Shown here: positions 42,223 to 52,134 of the stretch, piece after piece
Numbering within the stretch: the first letter of the stretch is position 1
How the letters are laid out: every line of letters begins with the position of its first letter
Assembly: GCA_945907245.1 (NCBI GenBank)
Contig: CAMDTB010000003.1
Coordinates: 1,457 to 65,456, forward strand
Reading direction: 5' to 3'
DNA length: 64,000 nucleotides
DNA from: Rhizobium sp. Q54
Lineage (GTDB): Bacteria; Pseudomonadota; Alphaproteobacteria; SMXS01
The notes under the pieces: generated by a model
The model's input: the letters and a program-made list of their open reading frames with translations, nothing else
What the model was told of the DNA's origin: nothing
Database searches by the model: none
Translations under genes and position numbers: made by a program

Positions 42223-43913
42223 GCGTTGAATTCCCGCTTGCGGGTCGACGACGCGGCGTTGCGGAAGCCATTGGTGATCGGATAGCGCCGGTCGCGACCG
42301 AAATTGCGCCGGGTGATCTTTACGCCGGGCGGCGCCTGCCGGCGCTTGTACTCGGCGATGTAGAGCAGGTGCTCGATGCGCTTGACCACAGCCGGGTCAT
42401 GGCCGCGGACGACGATGTCCTCGAACGTCATCTCGTTCTCGATCAGGCACTCCAGGATGTCATCGAGCACGTCATAGGGCGGCAAATTGTCCTGGTCTGT
42501 CTGGTTCTCGCGCAGCTCGGCCGACGGCGGGCGGGTGATGATGTTCTCCGGAATCACCACCTGTCCCGGCCCCAGTGCGCCTTCCGGCACGTGGGCGTTG
42601 CGCCAGCGCGACAGCTCGAACACGGTGGTCTTGTAGACGTCTTTCAGCACCGAATAGCCGCCGCACATGTCGCCGTAGAGCGTGGCGTAGCCGACCGACA
42701 TCTCGGACTTGTTGCCCGTGGTGAGCACCATGTGGCCGAACTTGTTGGACAACGCCATCAGGGTAATGCCGCGGGCGCGGGCCTGCAGATTCTCCTCGGT
42801 GGTGTCGGGCTCACGACCCTCGAAGGCCGGCGCCAGCATGGACAGGAAACCGCTGACCGCCGGCTCGATCGGGATCACTTCATGCTTCGCACCAAGCGCC
42901 CGCGAGCAGGCCTCGGCGTCGCGCACGCTGTCCGAGCTGGTGTAGCGGTAGGGCATCATCACGCAGCGAACCCGGTCCGCGCCCAGCGCATCGACGGCGA
43001 CCGCTGCCGACAGGGCGCTGTCGATACCGCCCGACATGCCGAGGACGACGCCCGGAAACCGGTTCTTGTTCACGTAGTCGCGCAGGCCCAGCATCATGGC
43101 GTGGTAGATTTCCTCCAGGCCTTCCGGATAGCGGACCTTGTCGCCGTCCTCGCAGCGCCAGGTGGCGCCGTCACGCCGCCACCGCGTGATCACCAAAGAC
43201 TCGCGCCAGCCGGCCATGCGCACCGGCACCTTGTGGTCGGTGTTCATCACGAACGAGATGCCGTCGAACACGATCTCGTCCTGGCCGCCAATCTGGTTGA
43301 CGTAGATCAGCGGCAGGCCGCTCTCGCTGACCCGGCGGGCGGCGAGCTGGGTGCGGGTGTCGACCTTGCCCAGCTCGTAGGGCGAGCCGTTCGGCACCAC
43401 CAGGATTTCCGCGCCGGTCTCCTGCAGGCATTCGGTGACGTCCGCGAACCACATGTCCTCGCAGACCATGACGCCGAGGCGCACGCCGCGGAAATTGATC
43501 GGGCCGGGCAGCGGGCCGGGCTGGAAGATGCGCATCTCGTCGAACACGCCGTAATTCGGCAAATGGTGCTTGTAGCGCCGACCAGCGACCTTGCCGCCGT
43601 CGAGCAGGATGGCGGCGTTGAACGGCTTGCCGTCGCCCTCGCGCCAGCTCGCGCCGATCAGCATGGCCGGGCCGCCGTCGGCGGTGTCGGCCGCCAGTTC
43701 CTCGACCGCCGCCTCGACCGCCTCCTGGAAGGCCGGCTTCAGCATCAGGTCCTCGGGCGGATAGCCGTTCAGCACCAGCTCGGCATAGACGACGAGGTCC
43801 GCGCCCGACGCCGCCGCCTCCGCCCGCGCCGCGCGGATTTTCGCCACGTTGCCGCTGACGTCGCCCAAGGTGGGATTGAGCTGGGCGAGCGCGATGGTGA
43901 GACTGTCGGTCAT
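42219..43913 (-). CDS. nadE: Glutamine-dependent NAD+ synthetase
   Basis: N-terminal nitrilase-like domain (VCEDMWF) plus synthetase domain (LGMSGGIDSAL). Confidence 0.93.
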   Translation of the reverse strand: MTDSLTIALAQLNPTLGDVSGNVAKIRAARAEAAASGADLVVYAELVLNGYPPEDLMLKPAFQEAVEAAVEELAADTADGGPAMLIGASWREGDGKPFNAAILLDGGKVAGRRYKHHLPNYGVFDEMRIFQPGPLPGPINFRGVRLGVMVCEDMWFADVTECLQETGAEILVVPNGSPYELGKVDTRTQLAARRVSESGLPLIYVNQIGGQDEIVFDGISFVMNTDHKVPVRMAGWRESLVITRWRRDGATWRCEDGDKVRYPEGLEEIYHAMMLGLRDYVNKNRFPGVVLGMSGGIDSALSAAVAVDALGADRVRCVMMPYRYTSSDSVRDAEACSRALGAKHEVIPIEPAVSGFLSMLAPAFEGREPDTTEENLQARARGITLMALSNKFGHMVLTTGNKSEMSVGYATLYGDMCGGYSVLKDVYKTTVFELSRWRNAHVPEGALGPGQVVIPENIITRPPSAELRENQTDQDNLPPYDVLDDILECLIENEMTFEDIVVRGHDPAVVKRIEHLLYIAEYKRRQAPPGVKITRRNFGRDRRYPITNGFRNAASSTRKREFNA

Positions 43914-43974
43914 GGGACGTGAACCCGTCGGGGAAGTAGGCAGTTCCGCAAGACTTATCGGAGCAAAACACCCT

Positions 43975-44043
43975 TGTCATCCCGGCGAAAGCCGGGACCC
44001 AGTCGGTCGGCTGGTAACGGTCCCGGCTTTCGCCGGGATGACA
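43975..44043. repeat. REP-like palindromic element, type A (second copy)
   Basis: The left arm (43975-44002) is identical to that at 40830. The right arm is GGTCCCGGCTTTCGCCGGGATGACA (44019-43). Confidence 0.8.
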
Positions 44044-44054
44044 AGATCAGTTTA

Positions 44055-45431
44055 TTACGACGCCGCCGCCACGCGGGCGATGCCGCCGCGTTCCTTGCGG
44101 ATGCCTTCGGCGATGATGAAGGCAAGCTCCAGCGCCTGGCTGCCGTTGAGCCGCGGGTCGCAATGGGTATGGTAGCGGTCCTTCAGGCCCTCGGCGGTGA
44201 TCGCCTGGGCGCCGCCCATGCATTCGGTCACGTCCTGGCCGGTCATCTCGAAATGGACGCCGCCGGCATAGGTGCCCTCGGCCTGGTGGACGGCGAAGAA
44301 GCCGCGCACCTCGGCCAGCACCTTGTCGAAGGGACGGGTCTTGTAGCCCGACGTCGAGATGGTGTTGCCGTGCATCGGATCGCACGACCAGACGACCGTG
44401 CGGCCTTCCTGCTTCACCTTGCGCACCAGCGCCGGCAGCACGTCCTCGACCTTCTCGGCGCCCATGCGGGCGATGAGGGTCAGGCGGCCGGCCTCGTTCT
44501 GCGGGTTGAGTGCGTCGATCAGCCGGATCAGCTCGTCCGGGTTCATGGTCGGGCCGACCTTGCAGCCGATCGGGTTCCGGATGCCGCGCATGAATTCCAC
44601 GTGGGCATGGTCGAGCTGGCGGGTACGCTCGCCGATCCACAGCATGTGGGCCGAGGTGTCGTACCAGTCGCCGGTCGTCGAATCGACGCGGGTCATGGCC
44701 TGCTCGTAGCCCAGCAGCAGCGCCTCGTGCGAGGTGTAGAAGCTGGTGCCGCGCAGCACCGGCGCGGTCTCGGACGTGACGCCGCAGGCTTCCATGAAGG
44801 CGAGCGCCTCGGAGATGCGCGAGGCCATCTCCTGGTAGCGGCTGCCCGACGGCGAATCGGCGATGAAGCCCTGCATCCAGCCATGGACGCGGTGCAGGTC
44901 GGCATAGCCGCCCTGGGCGAAGGCGCGGATCAGGTTCAGCGTGGCCGCCGACTGCGAATAGGCGCGCACCAGGCGCTGCGGATCGGGCCGGCGCGCCTCG
45001 GGCGTGAAGTCCATGCCGTTGATGTTGTCGCCCTTGTAGCTTTCCAGGGTGACGCCATCGATGGTCTCGAGGTCGCTGGAGCGCGGCTTGGCGAACTGGC
45101 CGGCGATGCGGCCGACCTTGACCACCGGGCACGACGCGGCCCAGGTCAGCGCCACCGCCATCTGCAGCAGCACGCGGAAGGTGTCGCGGATGTTGTCCGG
45201 GTGGAACTCGGCGAAGCTCTCGGCGCAGTCGCCGCCCTGCAGCAGGAAAGCACGGCCTTCCGCCACGTCGGCGAGGTCCGACTTCAGGCTGCGCGCCTCG
45301 CCCGCGAACACCAGCGGCGGATAGGACTTCAGCGTCTTCTCCACCTCGGCGAGGGCCGCGGGATCGGGGTAGGCCGGGATATGCTTGGCCGGCAGCGCTC
45401 TCCAGCTGTCCGGCGACCACTTCTTGGTCAT
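44055..45431 (-). CDS. Class II 3-deoxy-7-phosphoheptulonate (DAHP) synthase
   Basis: 458 aa. WSPDSWR...[10 protein letters not shown]...[12 protein letters not shown]...WIGERTRQ...HGNT are class II hallmarks. Confidence 0.92.
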   Translation of the reverse strand: MTKKWSPDSWRALPAKHIPAYPDPAALAEVEKTLKSYPPLVFAGEARSLKSDLADVAEGRAFLLQGGDCAESFAEFHPDNIRDTFRVLLQMAVALTWAASCPVVKVGRIAGQFAKPRSSDLETIDGVTLESYKGDNINGMDFTPEARRPDPQRLVRAYSQSAATLNLIRAFAQGGYADLHRVHGWMQGFIADSPSGSRYQEMASRISEALAFMEACGVTSETAPVLRGTSFYTSHEALLLGYEQAMTRVDSTTGDWYDTSAHMLWIGERTRQLDHAHVEFMRGIRNPIGCKVGPTMNPDELIRLIDALNPQNEAGRLTLIARMGAEKVEDVLPALVRKVKQEGRTVVWSCDPMHGNTISTSGYKTRPFDKVLAEVRGFFAVHQAEGTYAGGVHFEMTGQDVTECMGGAQAITAEGLKDRYHTHCDPRLNGSQALELAFIIAEGIRKERGGIARVAAAS

Positions 45432-45516
45432 GGCGTCGCCTTGTCGTTTAAAGTCATTCGAGGGCGCTGATATACGCTCAGCGCCCGGTTTTGGCCAGTT
45501 TTTAGAATCGGCCCGC

Positions 45517-46911
45517 CTACTCCGCCGCCTGCTTCAACCGGGGCACCGGCGTCCGCATGGTGACGAATTCCTCGGCCGCCGTCGGGTGGATGGCCACCGT
45601 GGCGTCGAACTGGGCCTTGGTGGCGCCGCACTTGATGGCGATGCCGATGCCCTGGATGATCTCGCCGGCATCGTGGCCGACCATGTGCGCGCCGAGAACC
45701 CGGTCGGTCTTCGCGTCGACGATCAGCTTCATCAGGGTGCGCTCGCTGGAGCCTCCAAGCGTGTGCAGCATGGGGCGGAAATCGGCCTTGTAGACGTCGA
45801 TCTCGTCGTAGCGCTCGCGGGCTTCCTCCTCGGTCAGGCCGCAGGTGCCGACCGGCGGCTGGGTGAACACGGCGGTCGGGATGTCGCGGTAGTCCATCGT
45901 GGTCGGCCGGTTCGCGAACTGGGTGGCCGTGAACGCCATGGCCTCGGCGATGGCGACGGGCGTGAGCTGGAACCGGTGGGTGACGTCGCCCAGCGCGAAG
46001 ATGTTGGGCACCGAGGTCCGGAAGTCGTCGTCGATGACGATGGCGCCGATGTCGTCCATCGTCACGCCCACTTCGGCAAGGCCCATGCCGCCGGATTTCG
46101 GGTTGCGGCCGACGGCGTACATCACCGCGTCGGTCTCGATGGTCTCGCCGCTCTCCTGGGTCACCAGCAGGCTGCCGTCTTCCCGCTTGTCGATACGGGC
46201 GATCAGCGAGCAGTTCACCCTGATGTCGATGCCCTTCTTGCGCATTTCCGTAGCGACCGTGTCGCGGACATCCCGGTCGAAGCCGCGCAGGATCTGCTCG
46301 CCCCGGTAAAGCTGGATCACCTGCGAACCAAGGCCATTGAAGATGCAGGCGAATTCCACGGCGATATAGCCGGCGCCGGCGATCAGGATGCGCCTGGGCA
46401 GCGCCGGCAGATCGAACGCCTCGTTGGACGAGATGGCGTGCTCGGCGCCGGGAACGTCCGGCATGGCCGGCCAGCCGCCGGTCGCCACCAGGATCTTGTC
46501 GGCGGTGACGCGCCCGACCTCCTTGCCGTCCTTGGTCAGCGATATCGTGTGCGCGTCGACCAGCGCGGCGCGTGCCTCGTGCAGCACCACGTTGTTGTTC
46601 TTCAGGGTCTGGAGATAGAGGCCGTTGAGCCGGTCGATCTCCTTGTCCTTGTTGGCGATCAGCGTCGGCCAGTCGAACCGCGCGCCCTCCACGGTCCAGC
46701 CATAGCCGTGCGCCCACTCGAATTCCTCGGCGAAGCCCGACGCGTAGACCAGCAGCTTCTTCGGCACGCAGCCCCGGATGACGCAGGTGCCGCCGACCCG
46801 GCTGTCCTCGGCGATGCCGACCCGCGCGCCGTAGGACGTCGCCATGCGCGCCGCCCGCACGCCGCCCGAGCCCGCGCCAATGATGAACAGGTCGTAGTCG
46901 TAGTCAGCCAT
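45517..46911 (-). CDS. gor: Glutathione-disulfide reductase
   Basis: [24 protein letters not shown] redox-active disulfide, C-terminal HPTAAEE. Confidence 0.9.
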   Translation of the reverse strand: MADYDYDLFIIGAGSGGVRAARMATSYGARVGIAEDSRVGGTCVIRGCVPKKLLVYASGFAEEFEWAHGYGWTVEGARFDWPTLIANKDKEIDRLNGLYLQTLKNNNVVLHEARAALVDAHTISLTKDGKEVGRVTADKILVATGGWPAMPDVPGAEHAISSNEAFDLPALPRRILIAGAGYIAVEFACIFNGLGSQVIQLYRGEQILRGFDRDVRDTVATEMRKKGIDIRVNCSLIARIDKREDGSLLVTQESGETIETDAVMYAVGRNPKSGGMGLAEVGVTMDDIGAIVIDDDFRTSVPNIFALGDVTHRFQLTPVAIAEAMAFTATQFANRPTTMDYRDIPTAVFTQPPVGTCGLTEEEARERYDEIDVYKADFRPMLHTLGGSSERTLMKLIVDAKTDRVLGAHMVGHDAGEIIQGIGIAIKCGATKAQFDATVAIHPTAAEEFVTMRTPVPRLKQAAE

Positions 46912-47245
46912 TCTTCTGGTCTCTTTTCACTTTGGCGATCAGATCGTCGATGACGGGCGTGAAGACTGGCAGGTCCTGTTCCACGATCGCCCACACCTCG
47001 GCTGATGTTACTGCGTCATACCGAAATTCAAGACGTTCGCCGATCTCGGTGAGCCTCACCCAAAAGGTTCTAGGCCGCAAGCGAGGGGAAACGCGTTTAC
47101 TCGCCTCGTACAAGATCACCAGATTTCGCTCGACGGCATCTTCTACCATCGAGAGATTCGTCCGATTGACGGATGCCGCGTAGGAGCCGATCCGGCCGAC
47201 GGCGGCCTTCATATCCAACAACGCTTGTGAGCTGGTTATCCGCAT
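46904..47245 (-). CDS. DUF86/HepT-like protein, apparently catalytically degenerate and without an MNT partner
   Basis: Inner ATG MRITSSQALLDMKAAVGRIGSY...AVERNLVILYEASKRV...EIGERLEFRYDAVTSAEVWAIVEQDLPVF. The RX4HXY position reads G....F.Y. Lower GC than the flanks. The stop lies inside the first codons of gor. Confidence 0.5.
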   Translation of the reverse strand: MRITSSQALLDMKAAVGRIGSYAASVNRTNLSMVEDAVERNLVILYEASKRVSPRLRPRTFWVRLTEIGERLEFRYDAVTSAEVWAIVEQDLPVFTPVIDDLIAKVKRDQKNG

Positions 47246-47323
47246 GACAGCTATCACCCTGTGTGAGGAGCGCAATATGGCTGCCTCCGTATATTTACTC
47301 AACCATTGCAACCCCCACTCAGT

Positions 47324-47349
47324 TGTCACCCCGGACTTGTTCCGGGGTC
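47324..47349. repeat. REP-like hairpin, type B
   Basis: TGTCACCCCGGACTTGTTCCGGGGTC, with a CCCCGGA/TCCGGGG stem. It is the exact reverse complement of 47682-47707. Confidence 0.75.
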
Positions 47350-47370
47350 CGTCTCTCCGCGTGACGGCGC

Positions 47371-47658
47371 CTATGGGGTAAGGATGATTTCCTCCCAATG
47401 AGGATTGCGCTCCTCGACGAGATTGTACTTCCACTGCCGCACGTACCTCTTGAGCTGCTTCTCGCGCGCGATCGCCATCCGCACGTCTTGGAACACCTCG
47501 TAATAGACAAGGCGGTCGATGCCGTACTTCCTGGTGTGGCCGGGGACGGCTTTGCTCTTGTGTTGCCAGACGCGGCGCAGCAGATCGGAAGTCACGCCAA
47601 CATACATCGCGCCCCGAGGACGGTTGGCGAGGATATAGACGTAGTACTGCCTGTCCAT
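47371..47658 (-). CDS. GIY-YIG nuclease family protein (small, stand-alone)
   Basis: MDRQYYVYILANRPRGAMYVGVTSDLLRRVWQHK...YYEVFQDVRMAIAREKQLK. The longer ORF-track start runs into the flanking repeat. Confidence 0.8.
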   Translation of the reverse strand: MDRQYYVYILANRPRGAMYVGVTSDLLRRVWQHKSKAVPGHTRKYGIDRLVYYEVFQDVRMAIAREKQLKRYVRQWKYNLVEERNPHWEEIILTP

Positions 47659-47681
47659 ACGACGCTGCCGATATCGAGACA

Positions 47682-47707
47682 GACCCCGGAACAAGTCCGG
47701 GGTGACA
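47682..47707. repeat. REP-like hairpin, type B (inverted copy)
   Basis: GACCCCGGAACAAGTCCGGGGTGACA, 24 nt upstream of the GIY-YIG start. Confidence 0.75.
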
Positions 47708-47749
47708 ATTTGAGAGATGGAGCGGCCTGAGAAAGCGGTCGCCTAAATC

Positions 47750-49576
47750 CTACTCAACCGTGACCGACTTGGCCAGATTCCGCGGCTGGTCCACGTCCGT
47801 CCCCTTGCTGACGGCGGCGTGATAGGCCAGCAGCTGCACCGGGATCGCCTGCAGGATCGGGGCGACGAACTCGTGCATGTCGGGCAGCACCAGCGTCCAG
47901 GCGGCGCCGTCGCCGGCCGACTTCTCGCCCGCCACGTCGGTGACCAGCAGGATACGGCCGCCGCGGGCGATGACCTCGTGCATGTTGGACACGGTCTTGG
48001 CAAACAGCCGGTCGCTGGGCGCCAGCACCACGACCGGCACGGCGGGATCGATCAGCGCGATGGGGCCGTGCTTCATCTCGCCCGCCGCATAGCCTTCGGC
48101 GTGGATGTAGGAGATTTCCTTCAGCTTCAGCGCCCCTTCGAGCGCGATCGGGTAGAGCGCGCCGCGGCCCAGATAGAGCACGTCGCGGGCCTTGGCGATG
48201 TCGGCGGCGATCTTCTCGATCCGGTCGTCGTGCTTGAGCACCTCGGTCGCGGCCGCCGGCACCTCGACCAGCGCATGGGTCAGCTCGGCCTCGGTGGCGG
48301 CGTCGATGGTGCCGCGCGCCCGCGCCGCGGCGACGGCAAGACACGCCAGCACCACCAGCTGGCAGGTGAACGCCTTGGTGCTGGCGACGCCGATCTCCGG
48401 CCCGGCATGCGTCGGCAGCACCACGTCCGATTCCCGGGCGATGGAGCTCTCCGGCACGTTGACGACGCTGAGGATGTGCTGGCCCTGCTCGCGGCAATAG
48501 CGCAGCGCGGCCAGGGTGTCGGCGGTCTCGCCCGACTGGGAGACGAAGATGGCGAGCCCGCCGGTCGGCAGCGCCGCCTCGCGGTAGCGGAACTCGGAGG
48601 CGACGTCGATCTCGACGCTGACCCGGGCGATCCGCTCGAACCAGTATTTGGCGACCATGCAGGCGTAGAACGCCGTGCCGCAGGCCACCATGGTGATCTT
48701 CGGCACCGCGGCGATGTCGAACGGCATGGCCGGCATCACCACTTCGCGGCTGAGCTGGTTGTAATAGGTGCCGAGCGTGTCGCCGATCACCGCCGGCTGC
48801 TCGTAGATCTCCTTCTGCATGAAGTGGCGGTAGTTGCCCTTCTCGATCAAACCGCCGACCAGCTTGGCCAGCTTGATCTCGCGCTGCACCACCGCGCCGG
48901 TCTCGTCGTGGATCACCGCGCTGGTGGGCGTCAGCTCGACCCAGTCGCCTTCCGCCAGGTAGCAGATGCGGTTGGACAGCGGCCCGATGGCGAGCGCATC
49001 CGAGCCCAGATACATCTCGCCGTCGCCATAGCCGACGACCAGCGGGCTGCCGCGCCGGGCGCCGATCAGCAGATCACCATGACCGGCGAACAGGATGCCG
49101 ATGGCGAAGGCGCCGTCGAGGCGCTTGAGCGCCGCGGCCGCCGCCTGCTGCGGCGTCGCGCCCCGGTCCAGCTCGGCGGTGACCAGATGGGCGATGACCT
49201 CGCTGTCGGTCTCGGTCACCATCACGTAGCCCTGCGCGGTCAGTTCCTCTCGCAGCTCGCGGAAGTTCTCGATGATGCCGTTATGCACCACCGCCACCTT
49301 TTCGGTGGCATGCGGATGGGCGTTGTTCTCGTTGGGCGCGCCGTGGGTCGCCCAGCGCGTGTGGGCGATGCCGACGGTCCCCGGCAGCGGACTGGACTCC
49401 AGCACTTTGCGCAGATTGCCCAGCTTGCCCTCGGCGCGGCGGCGGTCGATGGCGCCGCCGTCCGGCAGGGTGGCGACACCCGCCGAATCGTAGCCGCGGT
49501 ATTCCAGCCGCTGCAGCCCTTCGACCAGACGGGGCGTCACCGCCTCACGGCCGACGATACCGACGATGCCGCACAT
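47750..49576 (-). CDS. glmS: Glutamine--fructose-6-phosphate aminotransferase
   Basis: MCGIVGIVG N-terminal Cys nucleophile, two SIS domains, terminal ...NLAKSVTVE. Confidence 0.96.
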   Translation of the reverse strand: MCGIVGIVGREAVTPRLVEGLQRLEYRGYDSAGVATLPDGGAIDRRRAEGKLGNLRKVLESSPLPGTVGIAHTRWATHGAPNENNAHPHATEKVAVVHNGIIENFRELREELTAQGYVMVTETDSEVIAHLVTAELDRGATPQQAAAAALKRLDGAFAIGILFAGHGDLLIGARRGSPLVVGYGDGEMYLGSDALAIGPLSNRICYLAEGDWVELTPTSAVIHDETGAVVQREIKLAKLVGGLIEKGNYRHFMQKEIYEQPAVIGDTLGTYYNQLSREVVMPAMPFDIAAVPKITMVACGTAFYACMVAKYWFERIARVSVEIDVASEFRYREAALPTGGLAIFVSQSGETADTLAALRYCREQGQHILSVVNVPESSIARESDVVLPTHAGPEIGVASTKAFTCQLVVLACLAVAAARARGTIDAATEAELTHALVEVPAAATEVLKHDDRIEKIAADIAKARDVLYLGRGALYPIALEGALKLKEISYIHAEGYAAGEMKHGPIALIDPAVPVVVLAPSDRLFAKTVSNMHEVIARGGRILLVTDVAGEKSAGDGAAWTLVLPDMHEFVAPILQAIPVQLLAYHAAVSKGTDVDQPRNLAKSVTVE

Positions 49577-50923
49577 TCAGCCCTTGACCTTCTGCTTCGC
49601 GTTTCTGGCACGGAACTTGGCTGCGCCGCCCGGAATCGACTTCTGCGGCGCGCGGGTGACGGCGATGGCGTCCTCCGCCACGTCGCTGGTGATGACGCTC
49701 CCCGCGCCGACCAGCGCCCCGTCGCCGATCTTCACCGGCGCCACCAGCGCGGTGTTGGAGCCGATGAACGCGCCGGCGCCGATATCGGTGAAATGCTTGG
49801 CGAAGCCGTCATAGTTGCAGGTGATGGTGCCGGCGCCGATATTGGCCTCGGCGCCGACCCGCGCGTCGCCGATATAGGACAGATGGTTGGCCTTGGCGCC
49901 CCGCTCGATCACCGACTTCTTGATCTCGACGAAGTTGCCGATATGGGCGTCCTCGCCGATGTCGGCGCCAGGCCGCAGCCGGGCGAACGGTCCGATCCGC
50001 GCGCCCGAGGCCACGTGCGCGCCCTCGATATGGCAGAACGCCTCGATGCGCACGCCGTCCTCGATGGAGGCGCCGGGACCGAATACCACGCTGGGGCCGA
50101 TGGTGACGTCGCGGCCCAGGATGGTGTCGGCGCTGAAATACACCGTGTCCGGATCGGCCAGGGTCACGCCTTCGTCCATGAAGTGCCCGCGGCGGCGGTG
50201 CTGCCAGATCGCCTCGGCCTTCGCAAGTTCGGACCGGGAGTTGACGCCCATGACCTCCTCGGGCGACGCCTCGACCACGGCGGCTTCCAGCCCCCTGTCG
50301 CGGGCGATGGCGACCACGTCCGGCAGGTAATATTCCTTGTTGGCGTTGTCGTTACCGATGGCCCGGAGCAGGGCGAGCGCGTGCTTGCCGTCGAGCGCCA
50401 TCAGCCCCGCGTTGCACAGGCCGATGGCCCTTTCGCCAGCGTCCGCGTCCTTGAATTCCACGATCCGTTTCAGCTTGCCCTTCTCAACCACCAGCCTTCC
50501 ATAGGCGGCCGGATCGTCGGGTGTGAAGCCCAGCACCACCACGGCGGGATCGTCGTCGGCCCGGCGCCGGTCCAGCATCAGGCGGTAGGTGGCCGGCGTC
50601 ACCAGCGGCGTGTCGGCGAAGGCGACGATGACGTCGCCGTCGAAGCCGTCCAGCGCCTCGGCGGCGGCCAGCACCGCGTGGCCGGTGCCGAGCGGCGGGT
50701 CCTGCACGGCGACGATGGCCGGCGCGACCGCCTTGGCCACCGGGTCCATGTCCTTGCCGAGGACGACGATGGTGCGCTCCGGCGCCAGCTCGGCGGCGGC
50801 GGCCAGCACGTGATGCACCATGGCGCGGCCGGCGATGGGGTGCAGCACCTTGGGCAGGCTGGATTTCATCCGCGTTCCCTTGCCCGCGGCAAGGACGACG
50901 ACGGCTGTTTTCCTGGCTGTCAT
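49577..50923 (-). CDS. glmU: Bifunctional UDP-N-acetylglucosamine pyrophosphorylase/GlcN-1-P acetyltransferase
   Basis: LAAGKGTRMKS and left-handed beta-helix hexapeptide repeats. Confidence 0.95.
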   Translation of the reverse strand: MTARKTAVVVLAAGKGTRMKSSLPKVLHPIAGRAMVHHVLAAAAELAPERTIVVLGKDMDPVAKAVAPAIVAVQDPPLGTGHAVLAAAEALDGFDGDVIVAFADTPLVTPATYRLMLDRRRADDDPAVVVLGFTPDDPAAYGRLVVEKGKLKRIVEFKDADAGERAIGLCNAGLMALDGKHALALLRAIGNDNANKEYYLPDVVAIARDRGLEAAVVEASPEEVMGVNSRSELAKAEAIWQHRRRGHFMDEGVTLADPDTVYFSADTILGRDVTIGPSVVFGPGASIEDGVRIEAFCHIEGAHVASGARIGPFARLRPGADIGEDAHIGNFVEIKKSVIERGAKANHLSYIGDARVGAEANIGAGTITCNYDGFAKHFTDIGAGAFIGSNTALVAPVKIGDGALVGAGSVITSDVAEDAIAVTRAPQKSIPGGAAKFRARNAKQKVKG

Positions 50924-50953
50924 ATGAGGCGTTCTCTCTGGTCGTTTCGGGCC

Positions 50954-51217
50954 TTAGCGCCTCGTGAAATCAGCATAGTCGCCCATGCTTGTTAAGTCGG
51001 CCTCTGCTTCCTCGGTTGTTAGATAGATACCGCCGATCCGACGGTCCGAACACGACCAATAGTGAACGTCTTCCTCGTCGTCGTATATCAACTCGTCCGT
51101 GTAGCATTCAACGTAGCCATCCGGACGTTGCACAATAGCGATACACTGTCTTTCATCGTGGCTTCGAAGGACACAAGCCTCTCCGTCCCGGTTTGGCCTA
51201 GGCGGTCGGTCGGTCAT
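50954..51217 (-). CDS. Hypothetical small acidic protein
   Basis: 87 aa: MTDRPPRPNRDGEACVLRSHDERQCIAIVQRPDGYVECYTDELIYDDEEDVHYW.... Locally lower GC. No recognisable family. Confidence 0.4.
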   Translation of the reverse strand: MTDRPPRPNRDGEACVLRSHDERQCIAIVQRPDGYVECYTDELIYDDEEDVHYWSCSDRRIGGIYLTTEEAEADLTSMGDYADFTRR

Positions 51218-51325
51218 TGTGCGCCTTTGGTGGGCATGCAAACATCACTCAAGCGCTTTGCTTTCCAGCGGAAAACTGCCACAAAGGTCATGGATTTACC
51301 ACCGCAGGATGCAGACAGGCCCGCC

Positions 51326-52006
51326 ATGCGTCTTCCCGACACCGTGATATTCGATCTCGACGGCACCCTGGTCGATAGCGCCCCCGACCTGACCGGGGCG
51401 CTCAACCACACCATGCGCACCATCGGCCTGCCGGAGATCGGCGAGAGCGAGGTGCGCCACATGGTCGGCCACGGCGCCCGCGCGCTGATCCAGAAGGCGG
51501 TAACGGCGGCCGGCACCACCCTCGACGACGCCACGTTCGACGCCGCGTTCGTTACCTTCCTCGACTATTACGCCGACCACATCGCCGACGGCACCACGGC
51601 GTTTCCCAACGTGATCGAGACGCTGACCCTGCTCAGCGACAATGGCGTGAAGCTGGGCGTGTGCACCAACAAGCCGCAGCGCCTGACCGAGTTGCTGCTC
51701 GACAGCCTGGGCATGAGCCACTGGTTCGGCGCCATCCTGGGCGCCGACGCCGTGACCGAGAAGAAACCGCACGCCGGCCACCTGACCGCCGCCGTCGACC
51801 GCATGGGCGGCGACCTGCGGCGCACGGTGATGGTGGGCGACAGCCAGACCGACGTGGACACCGCCCGCAACGCCGGCACGCCGGTCGTCGCGGTCAGCTT
51901 CGGCTACTCGACGGTGCCGGCGGCGGATTTGCTGGCGGACGTGCTGATCGACGATTTCAGCGAGTTGCCCGAGGCTCTGGCGGCGCTGGTGGCCACGCGC
52001 ATCTAA
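51326..52006 (+). CDS. gph: Phosphoglycolate phosphatase (HAD superfamily)
   Basis: VIFDLDGTLVDS, GVCTNKP, MVGDSQTDVDTARNAG. Alternative ATG at 51290. Confidence 0.85.
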   Translation: MRLPDTVIFDLDGTLVDSAPDLTGALNHTMRTIGLPEIGESEVRHMVGHGARALIQKAVTAAGTTLDDATFDAAFVTFLDYYADHIADGTTAFPNVIETLTLLSDNGVKLGVCTNKPQRLTELLLDSLGMSHWFGAILGADAVTEKKPHAGHLTAAVDRMGGDLRRTVMVGDSQTDVDTARNAGTPVVAVSFGYSTVPAADLLADVLIDDFSELPEALAALVATRI

Positions 52007-52031
52007 CGCTAGGCCCTCCCCACCCTCCGAT

Positions 52032-52059
52032 TGTCACCCCGGACTTGTTCCGGGTGACA
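52032..52059. repeat. REP-like hairpin, type B (third copy), possible gph terminator
   Basis: TGTCACCCCGGACTTGTTCCGGGTGACA, a self-complementary variant 26 nt after the gph stop. Confidence 0.6.
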
Positions 52060-52134
52060 TGCAGGGGGGAGGCCCCCTCATCGGCTTGACACCCGCGACC
52101 GAGGACCGTATTACGGCGCGTCCTCGGCGACGAG

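Noticed and set aside
40830-44043. Type A/B repeats as a CRISPR array
   Set aside because: The copies are palindromic, kilobases apart and separated by essential genes, not by regular short spacers. No cas genes are present.
46904-47700. Functional HepT-MNT toxin-antitoxin module or a defence island
   Set aside because: There is no MNT gene. The HepT catalytic motif is degenerate, and the neighbouring GIY-YIG protein is the small stand-alone type, not a recognised defence effector.
47819-50995. 1058-aa plus-strand ORF opposite glmS and glmU
   Set aside because: glmS and glmU on the minus strand are unambiguous. The plus-strand product is Arg/Gly/Asp/His-rich junk. The same reasoning applies to 20169..22289(-), 35630..37477(+), 37482..39176(+), 42189..43922(+), 43974..45470(+), 45385..46953(+), 55729..56934(+) and 60100..61911(-).
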